Assembly (NCBI GenBank): GCA_002269645.1
Contig: NIVC01005171.1
Coordinates: 1-23,868, forward strand
Direction: 5' to 3'
DNA length: 23,868 nt
Origin: Macrostomum lignano
Taxonomy: Eukaryota
Shown here: one piece after another, positions 9,134 to 20,940 of the stretch
Layout: each line of letters opens with the position of its first letter
Numbering within the stretch: the first letter of the stretch is position 1
Notes under the pieces: generated by a model
Told to the model about the DNA's origin: nothing
The model's input: only the letters and a program-made list of their open reading frames with translations
The model's database searches: none
Translations under genes and position numbers: made by a program

Positions 9134-9806
9134 GTCCCGAAGCTGCACGCCATCAGTGAGTCGTCGGGAATATCAACAGCTTCGAAGCGCAGTGGTCCAG
9201 CTGGCCCAGCGTCTGCTTGATAATCCGCGGCGGCAGCGGCTGATGCGACAGCGACATTTGTGGCAACCGACTGAGGCTCGGGTTGTCAACCTGCTGCTGT
9301 CGCGAGGCGGTAGGCGCACTTAAGCCGGCCAACTGGGTCCAGGGGCATCTCGTCTGACTGGATGAAGAATTCATTTTATCACATCACTTTGGGTCCGCTA
9401 TTTTGCCGTCGGGCTTATTAATAGCTGGAAAGAAATCCTCAGCAAGTTTGCTACTGGCCATCCAGAGGATCCTAGCAGGTACCCATCACAAATAATGGCG
9501 GACAGGTACAAAATACTTTAGATTACGCTAGAAAAAGATCAGGGTACTAAGGGTAGTTTTGCGAGTTGTTACAAAGCACATTGGGCCGCCGATGACGAGA
9601 AGCAGACATCGCCGATTGTGCGTCTTTGTCTTGACAAACCTTCTTTGAAAATATACGTTCACAACTACAGCACGAATTACTTCAGTTCCGACTGACGCAG
9701 CTGTACTCAACCAAATGTGTTCGACACTTATTTTTACAATTGTTCTTCTGAAAGATAATTACAAAACGGAAATACTCCGCGAAACCCACAAACCCAAGGA
9801 CACGCG

Positions 9807-10964
9807 CGCCGGCTGTCCGGAAATTCGTGAGAATGTGTCAATCGAGCAAGAAAGAAGCAAGCTGTTGACATGGTGCACAGATAATTTCAATATTAGACTC
9901 ATACTAGCAATCAGCGCCCCCGTTGGGGAGCCAAATGCAGTACAAGTTTTTTAATAAACTACATGTTGCGTCTCTTTGCAATATACCTCAGCAGGCCCTT
10001 GTAAGCCTTGACATGTCAGCAATTCCCCCCACAAGCCTCGCATGGGAAAAAACGCGAGCGTAAAAAAGTGCCCGGAAAATAGCGTGCTTTACCTCATATA
10101 GAGCATTTATATATATCCCATAGACAATTGGTTGAAAAATGAAGCTCACAACTTGACTAACTGCTTGGAATAGCGGGCAATATAAGGCTCACACCATGCT
10201 CTATGCGCTCAATAACCAACGCAACGCAGTGATCAAGATTGCAAATTTTGACAGGCATTTCTTCAAAATGGAAGACTTCTAGACTTATGCCAATGCTAGA
10301 TACAGTCCTGGAATCTGCGTTATCAGTTGTCATGACGAGCTACTCAAAGTTTTTGGAGTTGCGGCACCAGTCAGTCAACGGTTTACAGATGGTACTTAGA
10401 GTTCCGTGATGAAGCAGTTCCCCTGGCCTCAGCTCCTCGGAGCTCTTGTTGAAGAGGATTCAAAAGTTTATATCAGAGACCTCGTTGAATTTTTGGAATT
10501 TAGAAGAACAACAGTGCACAAAATTTTGACGGAGAATTTGCACCTTCAAAAAGTTTCTGCTGTCTGGGTTCCGCACGCTCTCTCCGAGGAGAACAAGTTC
10601 GCAGGCTTTTTTACAACAAGGGCATGGAAAAAACTTTTTTGACAAATAAGAGGTGGAAGATGAGACATGGGTGCACCTGAACGACACTGACACAAAGTAA
10701 AAAACAGGTGCTGGCTTAGCCAAGGGGATCATCGACCACATTTAGCGACCACAAGGAAGTTCGAGAAGCTGCGTTGCAGTGGGCAAGAGGGCCTTGACGA
10801 AGATTGCTTGAAAAGAGAGGTTCAGCGACTCGTTGACCATTGCCAAGCTGTAATCAACACAAGGGGCGGGAGATCACATTACCAACTAGTGCTGTTTTCG
10901 TGTTTTCCGACAGTTCTGACTGCTTTTTTAAGATACATTCTCACGACTTTCCGGACAGCCGGAG
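9807..10964 (+). mobile_element. Degenerate, internally deleted Tc1/mariner transposon
   Basis: 28-bp TIRs 9809-9836 and 10935-10962 match 27/28; TA at 10965-10966. Transposase remnants TVYRWYLEF (HTH), WVPHAL (~10565), DETWVH (~10660) and a C-terminal QRLVDHCQAVINTRGG. Most of the catalytic domain is absent. Confidence 0.9.
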
Positions 10965-11883
10965 TAATAACAAGTTGCCTTGCAGTACTCAGTCTTCAAA
11001 AGTAGTACTGAGAGCGTTTTAGCTGCAATAGGCCATCAATTTCAACTGTCACTATCCAAGGATCGCTAGACGTCCTGGGTGCGTAAGGACGTAGCATTCG
11101 CGTTGCTCACAAATACAATAACGAGAGAGAAAACCTACATTTTAAAGCACTTAATGGACAAATTTTTATGCTATTACCCTTCTGAAATGCTATTACGGCG
11201 ATCACATGAAGCTAGCGCATACAGTACATGTATGAGTCTGGTCCAAGGTGGCTTCATCAGTTTAGCGACTAAAAAATCAAGAGAAATGCTACTGGAGACT
11301 GTCAAACGCACTGAAACGCCTGGAGACTGTCTTTTTTTCAAGATAGATTTTTCATGTCTGCGGTAAAACTCAAATTTTGATGCCATGCATTCGACAAAAG
11401 TTCTATAAAGAACATTCAGTACTTTCACTTTACCAGCTTCCAGACGATGTTTTTATAAACTACTCGTAATTCAATTCAACATATTTTAACTGAAATTCAA
11501 CCTTCAACCTGCAGGTGCAGCGGTAACTTTCATTGGCCCTTGTCGCTGGCACCGATGCTATTGAAATCATGGTTCACTTTGACACACTTTGTGTATAAAA
11601 AGTACGCAATCTGTGTGCTTGAAAGTGCGACAGGTGATTTTTTTGCAATAAATTTTCAATCAGAAAGAGTAAAAGTGAACGGCATTTGCTATCAGCTAGG
11701 AACAGACCCAAGACCCTGGACGCGACTTGATCAAATCACTGAGCAGCTGCCAAATAAGAAATGAAATGTGAAATCTCTTATTTCAGCCCCAGGCAGACTT
11801 TCGGCTCTGCTCTATTAATCCCGTCAAGATGAGCTGAGCTGGGACTGTTACCTGCACTCTTATTCCTATTTTCAGGCTTATTC

Positions 11884-14620
11884 CTGTCTCATAGCTTAGT
11901 AATGATGAGGCTTAGCTGTCTCATAGCTTAGTCATGATGAGGCTTAGCTGTCTCATAGCTTAGTAATGATGAGGCTTAGCTGTCTCATAGCTTAGTCATG
12001 ATGAGGCTTAGCTGTCTCATAGCTTAGTAATGATGAGAATTAGCTGTCTCATAGCTTAGTAATGATGAGGCTTAGCTGTCTCATAGCTTAGTAATGATGA
12101 GGCTTAGCTGTCTCATAGCTTAGTAATGATGAGGCTTAGCTGTCTCATAGCTTAGTAATGATGAGAATTAGCTGTCTCATAGCTTAGTAATGATGAGGCT
12201 TAGCTGTCTCATAGCTTAGTAATGATGAGGCTTAGCTGTCTCATAGCTTAGTAATGATGATAATGATGAGGCTTAGCTGTCTCATAGCTTAGTAATGATG
12301 ATAATGATGAGGCTTAGCTGTCTCATAGCTTAGTAATGATGAGGCTTAGCTGTCTCATAGCTTAGTAATGATGAGGCTTAGCTGTCTCATAGCTTAGTAA
12401 TGATGAGGCTTAGCTGTCTCATAGCTTAGTAATGATGAGGCTTAGCTGTCTCATAGCTTAGTAATGATGAGGCTTAGCTGTCTCATAGCTTAGTAATGAT
12501 GAGAATTAGCTGTCTCATAGCTTAGTAATGATGAGGCTTAGCTGTCTCATAGCTTAGTAATGATGAGAATTAGCTGTCTCATAGCTTAGTAATGATGAGA
12601 ATTAGCTGTCTCATAGCTTAGTAATGATGAGGCTTAGCTGTCTCATAGCTTAGTAATGATGAGAATTAGCTGTCTCATAGCTTAGTAATGATGAGAATTA
12701 GCTGTCTCATAGCTTAGTAATGATGAGAATTAGCTGTCTCATAGCTTAGTAATGATGAGGCTGTGTCTCATAGCTTAGTAATGATGAGAATTAGCTGTCT
12801 CATAGCTTAGTAATGATGAGGCTTAGCTGTCTCATAGCTTAGTAATGATGAGAATTAGCTGTCTCATAGCTTAGTAATGATGAGAATTAGCTGTCTCATA
12901 GCTTAGTAATGATGAGGCTTAGCTGTCTCATAGCTTAGTAATGATGAGAATTAGCTGTCTCATAGCTTAGTAATGATGAGAATTAGCTGTCTCATAGCTT
13001 AGTAATGATGAGAATTAGCTGTCTCATAGCTTAGTAATGATGAGAATTAGCTGTCTCATAGCTTAGTAATGATGAGGCTTAGCTGTCTCATAGCTTAGTA
13101 ATGATGAGAATTAGCTGTCTCATAGCTTAGTAATGATGAGGCTTAGCTGTCTCATAGCTTAGTAATGATGAGGCTTAGCTGTCTCATAGCTTAGTAATGA
13201 TGAGAATTAGCTGTCTCATAGCTTAGTAATGATGAGAATTAGCTGTCTCATAGCTTAGTAATGATGAGAATTAGCTGTCTCATAGCTTAGTAATGATGAG
13301 AATTAGCTGTCTCATAGCTTAGTAATGATGAGAATTAGCTGTCTCATAGCTTAGTAATGATGAGAATTAGCTGTCTCATAGCTTAGTAATGATGAGAATT
13401 AGCTGTCTCATAGCTTAGTAATGATGAGGCTTGCTGTCTCATAGCTTAGTAATGATGAGAATTAGCTGTCTCATAGCTTAGTAATGATGAGAATTAGCTG
13501 TCTCATAGCTTAGTAATGATGAGAATTAGCTGTCTCATAGCTTAGTAATGATGAGAATTAGCTGTCTCATAGCTTAGTAATGATGAGAATTAGCTGTCTC
13601 ATAGCTTAGTAATGATGAGATTAGCTGTCTCATAGCTTAGTAATGATGAGGCTTAGCTGTCTCATAGCTTAGTAATGATGAGGCTTAGCTGTCTCATAGC
13701 TTAGTAATGATGAGGCTTAGCTGTCTCATAGCTTAGTAATGATGAGAATTAGCTGTCTCATAGCTTAGTAATGATGAGGCTTAGCTGTCTCATAGCTTAG
13801 TAATGATGAGAATTAGCTGTCTCATAGCTTAGTAATGATGAGAATTAGCTGTCTCATAGCTTAGTAATGATGAGGCTTAGCTGTCTCATAGCTTAGTAAT
13901 GATGAGAATTAGCTGTCTCATAGCTTAGTAATGATGAGGCTTAGCTGTCTCATAGCTTAGTAATGATGAGAATTAGCTGTCTCATAGCTTAGTAATGATG
14001 AGAATTAGCTGTCTCATAGCTTAGTAATGATGAGAATTAGCTGTCTCATAGCTTAGTAATGATGAGAATTAGCTGTCTCATAGCTTAGTAATGATGAGGC
14101 TTAGCTGTCTCATAGCTTAGTAATGATGAGGCTTAGCTGTCTCATAGCTTAGTAATGATGAGGCTTAGCTGTCTCATAGCTTAGTAATGATGAGAATTAG
14201 CTGTCTCATAGCTTAGTAATGATGAGAATTAGCTGTCTCATAGCTTAGTAATGATGAGAATTAGCTGTCTCATAGCTTAGTAATGATGAGAATTAGCTGT
14301 CTCATAGCTTAGTAATGATGAGAATTAGCTGTCTCATAGCTTAGTAATGATGAGAATTAGCTGTCTCATAGCTTAGTAATGATGAGAATTAGCTGTCTCA
14401 TAGCTTAGTAATGATGAGAATTAGCTGTCTCATAGCTTAGTAATGATGAGAATTAGCTGTCTCATAGCTTAGTAATGATGAGAATTAGCTGTCTCATAGC
14501 TTAGTAATGTGAGAATTAGCTGTCTCATAGCTTAGTAATGATGAGTTCTGTCTCATAGCTTAGTAATGATGAGAATTAGCTGTCTCATAGCTTAGTAATG
14601 ATGAGAATTAGCTGTCTCAT
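11884..14620. repeat. 32-bp satellite, about 85 copies (ttagctgtctcatagcttagtaatgatgag[gc/aa])
   Basis: Period 32 read directly; two main variants; stops in all frames; no spacers. Confidence 0.98.
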
Positions 14621-14672
14621 GCAACAGTAATATCTTTAGTGTCCATCTTTTTATTTTCTCACACTGCTTTAC

Positions 14673-14890
14673 AGGAAAATTCCAGTTGAGTTTAAAGCAG
14701 TCTGAGTCCATTTTTGTTGAAAATCACTCTAATATTATTGGCCACTTACTCTGGCCAATCAGCAATCTTCCGTGAAGTTACCTGAAGATTTAAGATCACT
14801 CCAAAGCACTGAATAAGACAGCGTGTGTGTGTGGACGACTTTAAAATTGATTTTCTAATGTCAGTCAAAAGCCTAATCAACACAGTGAAG
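14673..14890 (+). other. Possible non-coding (5' UTR) exon upstream of the GPCR
   Basis: Strong acceptor tttttattttctcacactgctttacag| and GAAG|gtagg donor-like site; all frames contain stops. Splice signals only. Confidence 0.3.
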
Positions 14891-14999
14891 GTAGGCTGCA
14901 TTGCTTCATTTAAATTTGTATTTGTATTGAGTACTCTACTTTTGGCATCCAGCTAATTACTCAAGCCATTCTTATATACAATCATTATGTCACCATTCT

Positions 15000-15457
15000 A
15001 CTCAATGTCAGCCATCAATCCACTCATTCTCAGACATATCAATCTACTCATTCTCAGGCATCAATCTACTCATTCTCAGACATCAATCTACTCATTCTCA
15101 GGCATCAATCTGCTCATTCTCAGACATATCAATCTACTCATTCTCAGGCATCAATCTACTCATTCTCAGACATCAATCTACTCATTCTCAGGCATCAATC
15201 TGCTCATTCTCAGACATATCAATCTACTCATTCACAGGCATCTATCTACTCATTCTCAGGCATCAATCTACTCATTCTCAGACATCAATCTACTCATTCT
15301 CGGAAATCAATCTACTCATTCTCGGAAATCAATCTACTCATTCTCAGTCATTAATCTACTCATTCTCAGACATCAATCTACTCATTCTCGGAAATCAATC
15401 TACTCATTCTCGGAAATCAATCTACTCATTCTCAGTCATTAATCTACTCATTCTCAG
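15000..15457. repeat. ~22-bp minisatellite, about 20 copies (catcaatctactcattctcag[g/a])
   Basis: Tandem units with 22/24-nt variants; ends exactly at the CAG preceding GPCR coding sequence. Confidence 0.93.
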
Positions 15458-15520
15458 ACATTCCACCCCTCTTCCTCCGGTCCCCGCCAGCCTGATGGCA
15501 ACCTCAGCCAGCACCAGCTG

Positions 15521-15815
15521 ATGCAGCTGCTGCACCAGAAGCTGTTCGGCCCACGGCAGCTCAGCAGCTCAGATATTTTTCTACTAGCTGTGTACTCGGC
15601 CATCGTCCTGTTGTCGGTCGGTGGCAACGGCCTGTTCCTGTTTCTGAGCTTCAAATATAGCGGCCTTCGACGCCACACCTCCTACATCATGATGAGTCTT
15701 GCTTGCTCAAACCTGCTCGTTGCCTGCACCTGCCTGCCAGTGTCAGCCGTGAAAGTTTTTTATAACACCTGGAAACTAGGCGGCACTGCCTGTCGATTAG
15801 TCAGTTTCATTGAAG
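15521..15815 (+). CDS. Class A (rhodopsin-like) peptide-type GPCR, exon encoding TM1 to early TM3; the open frame extends upstream to the acceptor at 15458
   Basis: TM1 GN, TM2 SLACSNLL..CLP, ECL1 WKLGGTAC; donor GAAG|GTGAA at 15816, phase 1. Confidence 0.9.
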
Positions 15816-15904
15816 GTGAATACTGTTTTAACCTCCAGGTTTGGACCATATTGACCTTAAGCTAAAGGATTACTGACCTAAGCCATGAAAAAGCCCTAAT
15901 AAAC

Positions 15905-16575
15905 TTGAGTTTTAGTGTCATAGTGACCTTGAGTTTTTTGGCCACAATGACCTTGAGTTTTGATTCCAAAATCACCTTGCATTTTTGGGCCAAAATGACC
16001 TTAAGTATTGGGGCCAAAATGACTTTGAGTTTTGGGGCCAAAATGGCCTTGAGTTTTATGGGCAAAAAGACCTTGAGTTTTGGTTCCAAAATGACCTTAT
16101 TGATTTATGGGGCCAAAATGACAATGAGAATTGGGGCCAAACTGACCTTGAGTTTCGGGGCCAAACTGACCTTGAGTGTTGGGGCCAAAATGACCTTGAT
16201 TTATGGGGCCAAACTGACCTTGAGTGTTGGGGCCAAAATGACCTTATTGATTTATGGGGCCAAAATGACCATGAGAATTGGGGCCAAACTGACCTTGAGT
16301 TTCGGGGCCAAACTGACCTTGAGTGTTGGGGCCAAAATGACCTTATTGATTTATGGGGCCAAAATGACCATGAGAATTGGGGCCAAACTGACCTTGAGTT
16401 TCGTGGCCAAACTGACCTTGAGTATTGGGGCCAAACTGACCTTGAGTGTTGGGGCCAAAATGACCTTGATTTATGGGGCCAAACTGACCTTGAGTTTCGG
16501 GGCCAAACTGACCTTGAATGTTGGGGCCAAACTGACCTTGAGTTTCGGGGCCAAAATTATTCTAAGTCTTTTGGC
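15905..16575. repeat. 24-bp (some 27-bp) minisatellite, about 27 copies (ggggccaaa[a/c]tgaccttgagt...) in the GPCR intron
   Basis: Repeating GAK(L/M)TL(S/I) octapeptide pattern in track ORF 15905..16651. Confidence 0.93.
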
Positions 16576-17217
16576 TCTAATAGCCTTGAGATTTAGGGTC
16601 ATAGTGACCACTGAGCTACAATCACGGGAACATAGTGGCCTAGAGTCCTGAGAACATTATGATTTGATAGAAGGGTGAGTAAGACGAGGTTAACTTGCAA
16701 GATGTCGGTATTGACGCATGCGGTAGAGCTGGTGCAAGGAAATGAATGGCTGAATAATGAATGGACCAGACATACAGAAATTATGGCAACTTGTAGGACA
16801 AAAAACTTTATAATATAGGGGTGTTGAGTCAAAGGGCAGAAAGAGAGGGATAGAGCGATCTGGCATATTGAATTCTCAGTGAGCAGGTGAGAGCTCAACC
16901 AGTAGTAGCAGCAACATCCCACGCGCTAAAACACTCTTAATTAGCGCTTTTCAATCAGCAATTTGCTTTGTTCTGAGCTGCAGAATGCTCTCGTAAAAAT
17001 TCGAAAATCCCTTCTGTAGTAGCAGTCCGAACTAATAACTGGGGTTCGAGAGCGCGGCCTCGGGTCATTTTGAAGAAGCTAGTAGTCCTTACTGAGCTTC
17101 TTTGTAAAGATTTACACGACTGGCGTCATTTCCATGAAAGTCACGTGCTTTGTTAATTGTCAGTTCTAGCAATAAAATACACAGTGTTAACCATTTTTAA
17201 ATGACCCCTTCTCTGCT

Positions 17218-17246
17218 GACAGTGTGCGTGATTCTGCATCCTGACA

Positions 17247-17298
<52 letters not shown>

Positions 17299-17432
17299 GT
17301 GTTTGTGTGTTTGTGTGTGTGTGTGTGTGTGTGTTTGTGTGATTCTGCATCCTGACACAGTGTGTGCTTGTGTGATTCTGCATCCTGACACAGTGTGTGC
17401 TTGTGTGATTCTGCATCCTGACACAGTGTGTG

Positions 17433-17475
<43 letters not shown>

Positions 17476-17933
17476 TTGTGTGATTCTGCATCCTGACACA
17501 GTGTGTGTTTGTGTGATTCTGCATCCTGACACAGTGTGTGCTTGTGTGATTCTGCATCCTGACACAGTGTGTGCTTGTGTGATTCTGCATCCTGACACAG
17601 TGTGTGCTTGTGTGATTCTGCATCCTGACACAGTGTGTGCTTGTGTGATTCTGCATCCTGACACAGTGTGTGCTTGTGTGATTCTGCATCCTGACACAGT
17701 GTGTGTGTGATTCTGCATCCTGACACAGTGTGTGTTTGTGTGTGCGATTCTGCATCCTGACACAGTGTGTGTTTGTGTGATTCTGCATCCTGACACAGTG
17801 TGTATGTGTGTGTGTGTGTGTGTGTGATTCTGCATCCTGACACAGTGTGTGTGTGATTCTACATCCTGACACAGTGTGTGTTTGTGTGATTCTGCATCCT
17901 GACACAGTGTGTGTGTAATTCTACATCCTGACA

Positions 17934-17964
<31 letters not shown>

Positions 17965-18630
17965 ATTCTGCATCCTGACACAGTGTGTGTGTGATTCTAC
18001 ATCCTGACACAGTGTGTGTGTGTGTGTGTGTGTGTGATTCTGCATCCTGACACAGTGTGTGTGTAATTCTACATCCTGACACAGTGTGTGTGTGATTCTA
18101 CATCCTGACACTGTGTGTGTGTGTGTGATTCTGCATCCTGACACAGTGTGTGTGTGATTCTACATCCTGACACAGTGTGTTTGTGTGATTCTGCATCCTG
18201 ACAGTGTGTGTGTGTGATTCTACATCCTGACACAGTGTGTGTGTGATTCTACATCCTGACACAGTGTGTGTGTGATTCTACATCCTGACACAGTGTGTTT
18301 GTGTGATTCTGCATCCTGACAGTGTGTGTGTGATTCTACATCCTGACACAGTGTGTGTGTGTGTGTGTGTGTGTGTGATTCTACATCCTGACACAGTGTG
18401 TGTGTGTGTGTGTGTGATTCTGCATCCTGACACAGTGTGTGTGTGTGTGATTCTACATCCTGACACAGTGTGTGTGTGTGTGTGTGTGTGTGATTCTGCA
18501 TCCTGACACTGTGTGTGTGATTCTGCATCCTGACACAGTGTGTGTTTGTGTGATTCTGCATCCTGACACAGTGTGTGTTTGTGTGATTCTGCATCCTGAC
18601 ACAGTGTGTGTGTGATTCTGCATCCTGACA

Positions 18631-18661
<31 letters not shown>

Positions 18662-19108
18662 ATTCTGCATCCTGACACAGTGTGTGTGTGTGATTCTACA
18701 TCCTGACACAGTGTGTGTGTGTGTGTGCGTGTGTGATTCTGCATCCTGACACTGTGTGTGTGATTCTGCATCCTGACACAGTGTGTGTGTGTGATTCTAC
18801 ATCCTGACACAGTGTGTGTGTGTGTGTGTGTGTGATTCTGCATCCTGACACTGTGTGTGTGATTCTGCATCCTGACACAGTGTGTGCTTGTGTGATTCTG
18901 CATCCTGACACAGTGTGTGTTTGTGTGATTCTGCATCCTGACACAGTGTGTGTTTGTGTGATTCTGCATCCTGACACAGTGTGTGCTTGTGTGATTCTGC
19001 ATCCTGACACAGTGTGTGTGTGATTCTGCATCCTGACACAGTGTGTGTTTGTGTGTGTGATTCTGCATCCTGACACAGTGTGTGTTTGTGTGATTCTGCA
19101 TCCTGACA

Positions 19109-19150
<42 letters not shown>

Positions 19151-19653
19151 TTCTGCATCCTGACACAGTGTGTGTGATTCTACATCCTGACACAGTGTGT
19201 GATTCTACATCCTGACACTGTGTGTGTGTGTGTGTGATTCTGCATCCTGACACAGTGTGTGTGTGATTCTACATCCTGACACAGTGTGTGTTTGTGTGAT
19301 TCTGCATCCTGACAGTGTGTGTGTGATTCTACATCCTGACACAGTGTGTGTGTGATTCTACATCCTGACACAGTGTGTGTGTGATTCTACATCCTGACAC
19401 AGTGTGTGTGTGTGTGATTCTGCATCCTGACACAGTGTGTGTGTGATTCTACATCCTGACACAGTGTGTGTTTGTGTGATTCTGCATCCTGACACAGTGT
19501 GTGCGTGATTCTACATCCTGACACTGTGTGTGTGTGTGTGTGTGTGATTCTGCATCCTGACACAGTGTGTGTGTGTGATTCTACATCCTGACACAGTGTG
19601 TGTTTGTGTGATTCTGCATCCTGACAGTGTGTGTGTGATTCTACATCCTGACA

Positions 19654-19703
<50 letters not shown>

Positions 19704-19834
19704 TTCTGCATCCTGACACAGTGTGTGTGTGATTCTACATCCTGACACAGTGTGTGTGTGATTCTACATCCTGACACAGTGTGTTTGTGTGATTCTGCAT
19801 CCTGACAGTGTGTGTGTGATTCTACATCCTGACA

Positions 19835-19870
<36 letters not shown>

Positions 19871-20190
19871 TTCTACATCCTGACACAGTGTGTGTGTGTG
19901 TGTGATTCTGCATCCTGACACAGTGTGTGTGTGTGATTCTACATCCTGACACAGTGTGTGTGATTCTGCATCCTGACACAGTGTGTGTGTGTGATTCTAC
20001 ATCCTGACACTGTGTGTGTGATTCTGCATCCTGACACAGTGTGTGTGATTCTGCATCCTGACAAAGTGTGTGTGTGTGTGTGTGTGTGTGATTCTGCATC
20101 CTGACACAGTGTGAATCTCGGTTGGGATTCTGCACCCTGACTTTTTGGGATTCTGCACCCTGACTGTACAGGATTCTGCATCTTGACAAT
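17218..20190. repeat. Compound satellite: constant core gattct[g/a]catcctgaca[ca] separated by variable (GT)n, roughly 90 units, in the GPCR intron
   Basis: Visible directly; copy number is an estimate. Explains all track ORFs between 17153 and 20268. Confidence 0.97.
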
Positions 20191-20940
20191 GCGTGGGAGA
20201 TTCGACTTCTTGAAGTTTGGGATATTCCTCATCCCCACAGCTCCGCTTAGCGCATATTTTTTGTGCATATTTTAACAGCCTTAACTATTGGCCGCAAGAG
20301 AATTGAAGAGAAGATCGAAGCTCCCTAAGGCAGGGGTGAGTGCTTCGAGATCCCTTCTTCCGCTGTTAGAAAAGGGGAAACTATTCCCTATCAGACAGAA
20401 ACGCGGAGGAAGGAAATCCCGCTGATTGGGGATGCGGCGGTGTCGGGTTGGAGCGATATAAGCAGCCAGGGGTCAGGCTGATCAAATTGGAAGTTCATCA
20501 TAGATAAGAAGTAATTTCTCGGTTCAGCGGCAGAGGGAGAGATCTGAGCTGACGGCTGAAGACCGTCCGCAGCTCAGGAATTCCGTCTCAGGGCATATTG
20601 AGCTGCAGGTTGAGGAGTAGGGGGAGAGCAAAGTTCGTGTCTGAGTGGTCAGACAGTGTTTGCTTCCCTTGAGAATGGAAGCGATTAGCTGCTCGACTTT
20701 CTTATATCATATCAAAAACTTCCCAGGCAATATGGCAATATGGCAACTCGTACAGTCCAATTGACATGCTTTATTACTACTTGCTATTAAGTAGCTTGAA
20801 TTCTCAAAACTGTGCACAATTTACCTTAGAGATTGGCCCTTGTCCATCTAATAGACATCTGCTTAGAGTCATGGACTACTTAAAAAAATCCTTGGCCAAA
20901 ATCACGGAGCAAACATAATCCCCCCCAACTGACTCCGCAG

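Noticed and set aside
11079-11764. ORFs 11079..11366, 11174..11428 and 11540..11764 as genes or transposase
   Set aside because: No recognisable motif, splice pattern or termini.
11884-14620. CRISPR array (32-bp repeat length; also considered for 170-675 and 17218-20190)
   Set aside because: Units are head-to-tail with no unique spacers, there are no cas genes, and the context is eukaryotic.
14987-15442. 151-aa ORF as the GPCR N-terminus
   Set aside because: In frame with the GPCR but repeat-derived and stopped by TAA at 15440-15442.
16599-16922. 107-aa antisense ORF in the GPCR intron
   Set aside because: No family resemblance or codon bias that I can support.
17153-20268. About 18 His/Thr- or Val/Cys-rich ORFs
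   Set aside because: Products of (CA)n/(GT)n plus a stop-poor core inside the GPCR intron.
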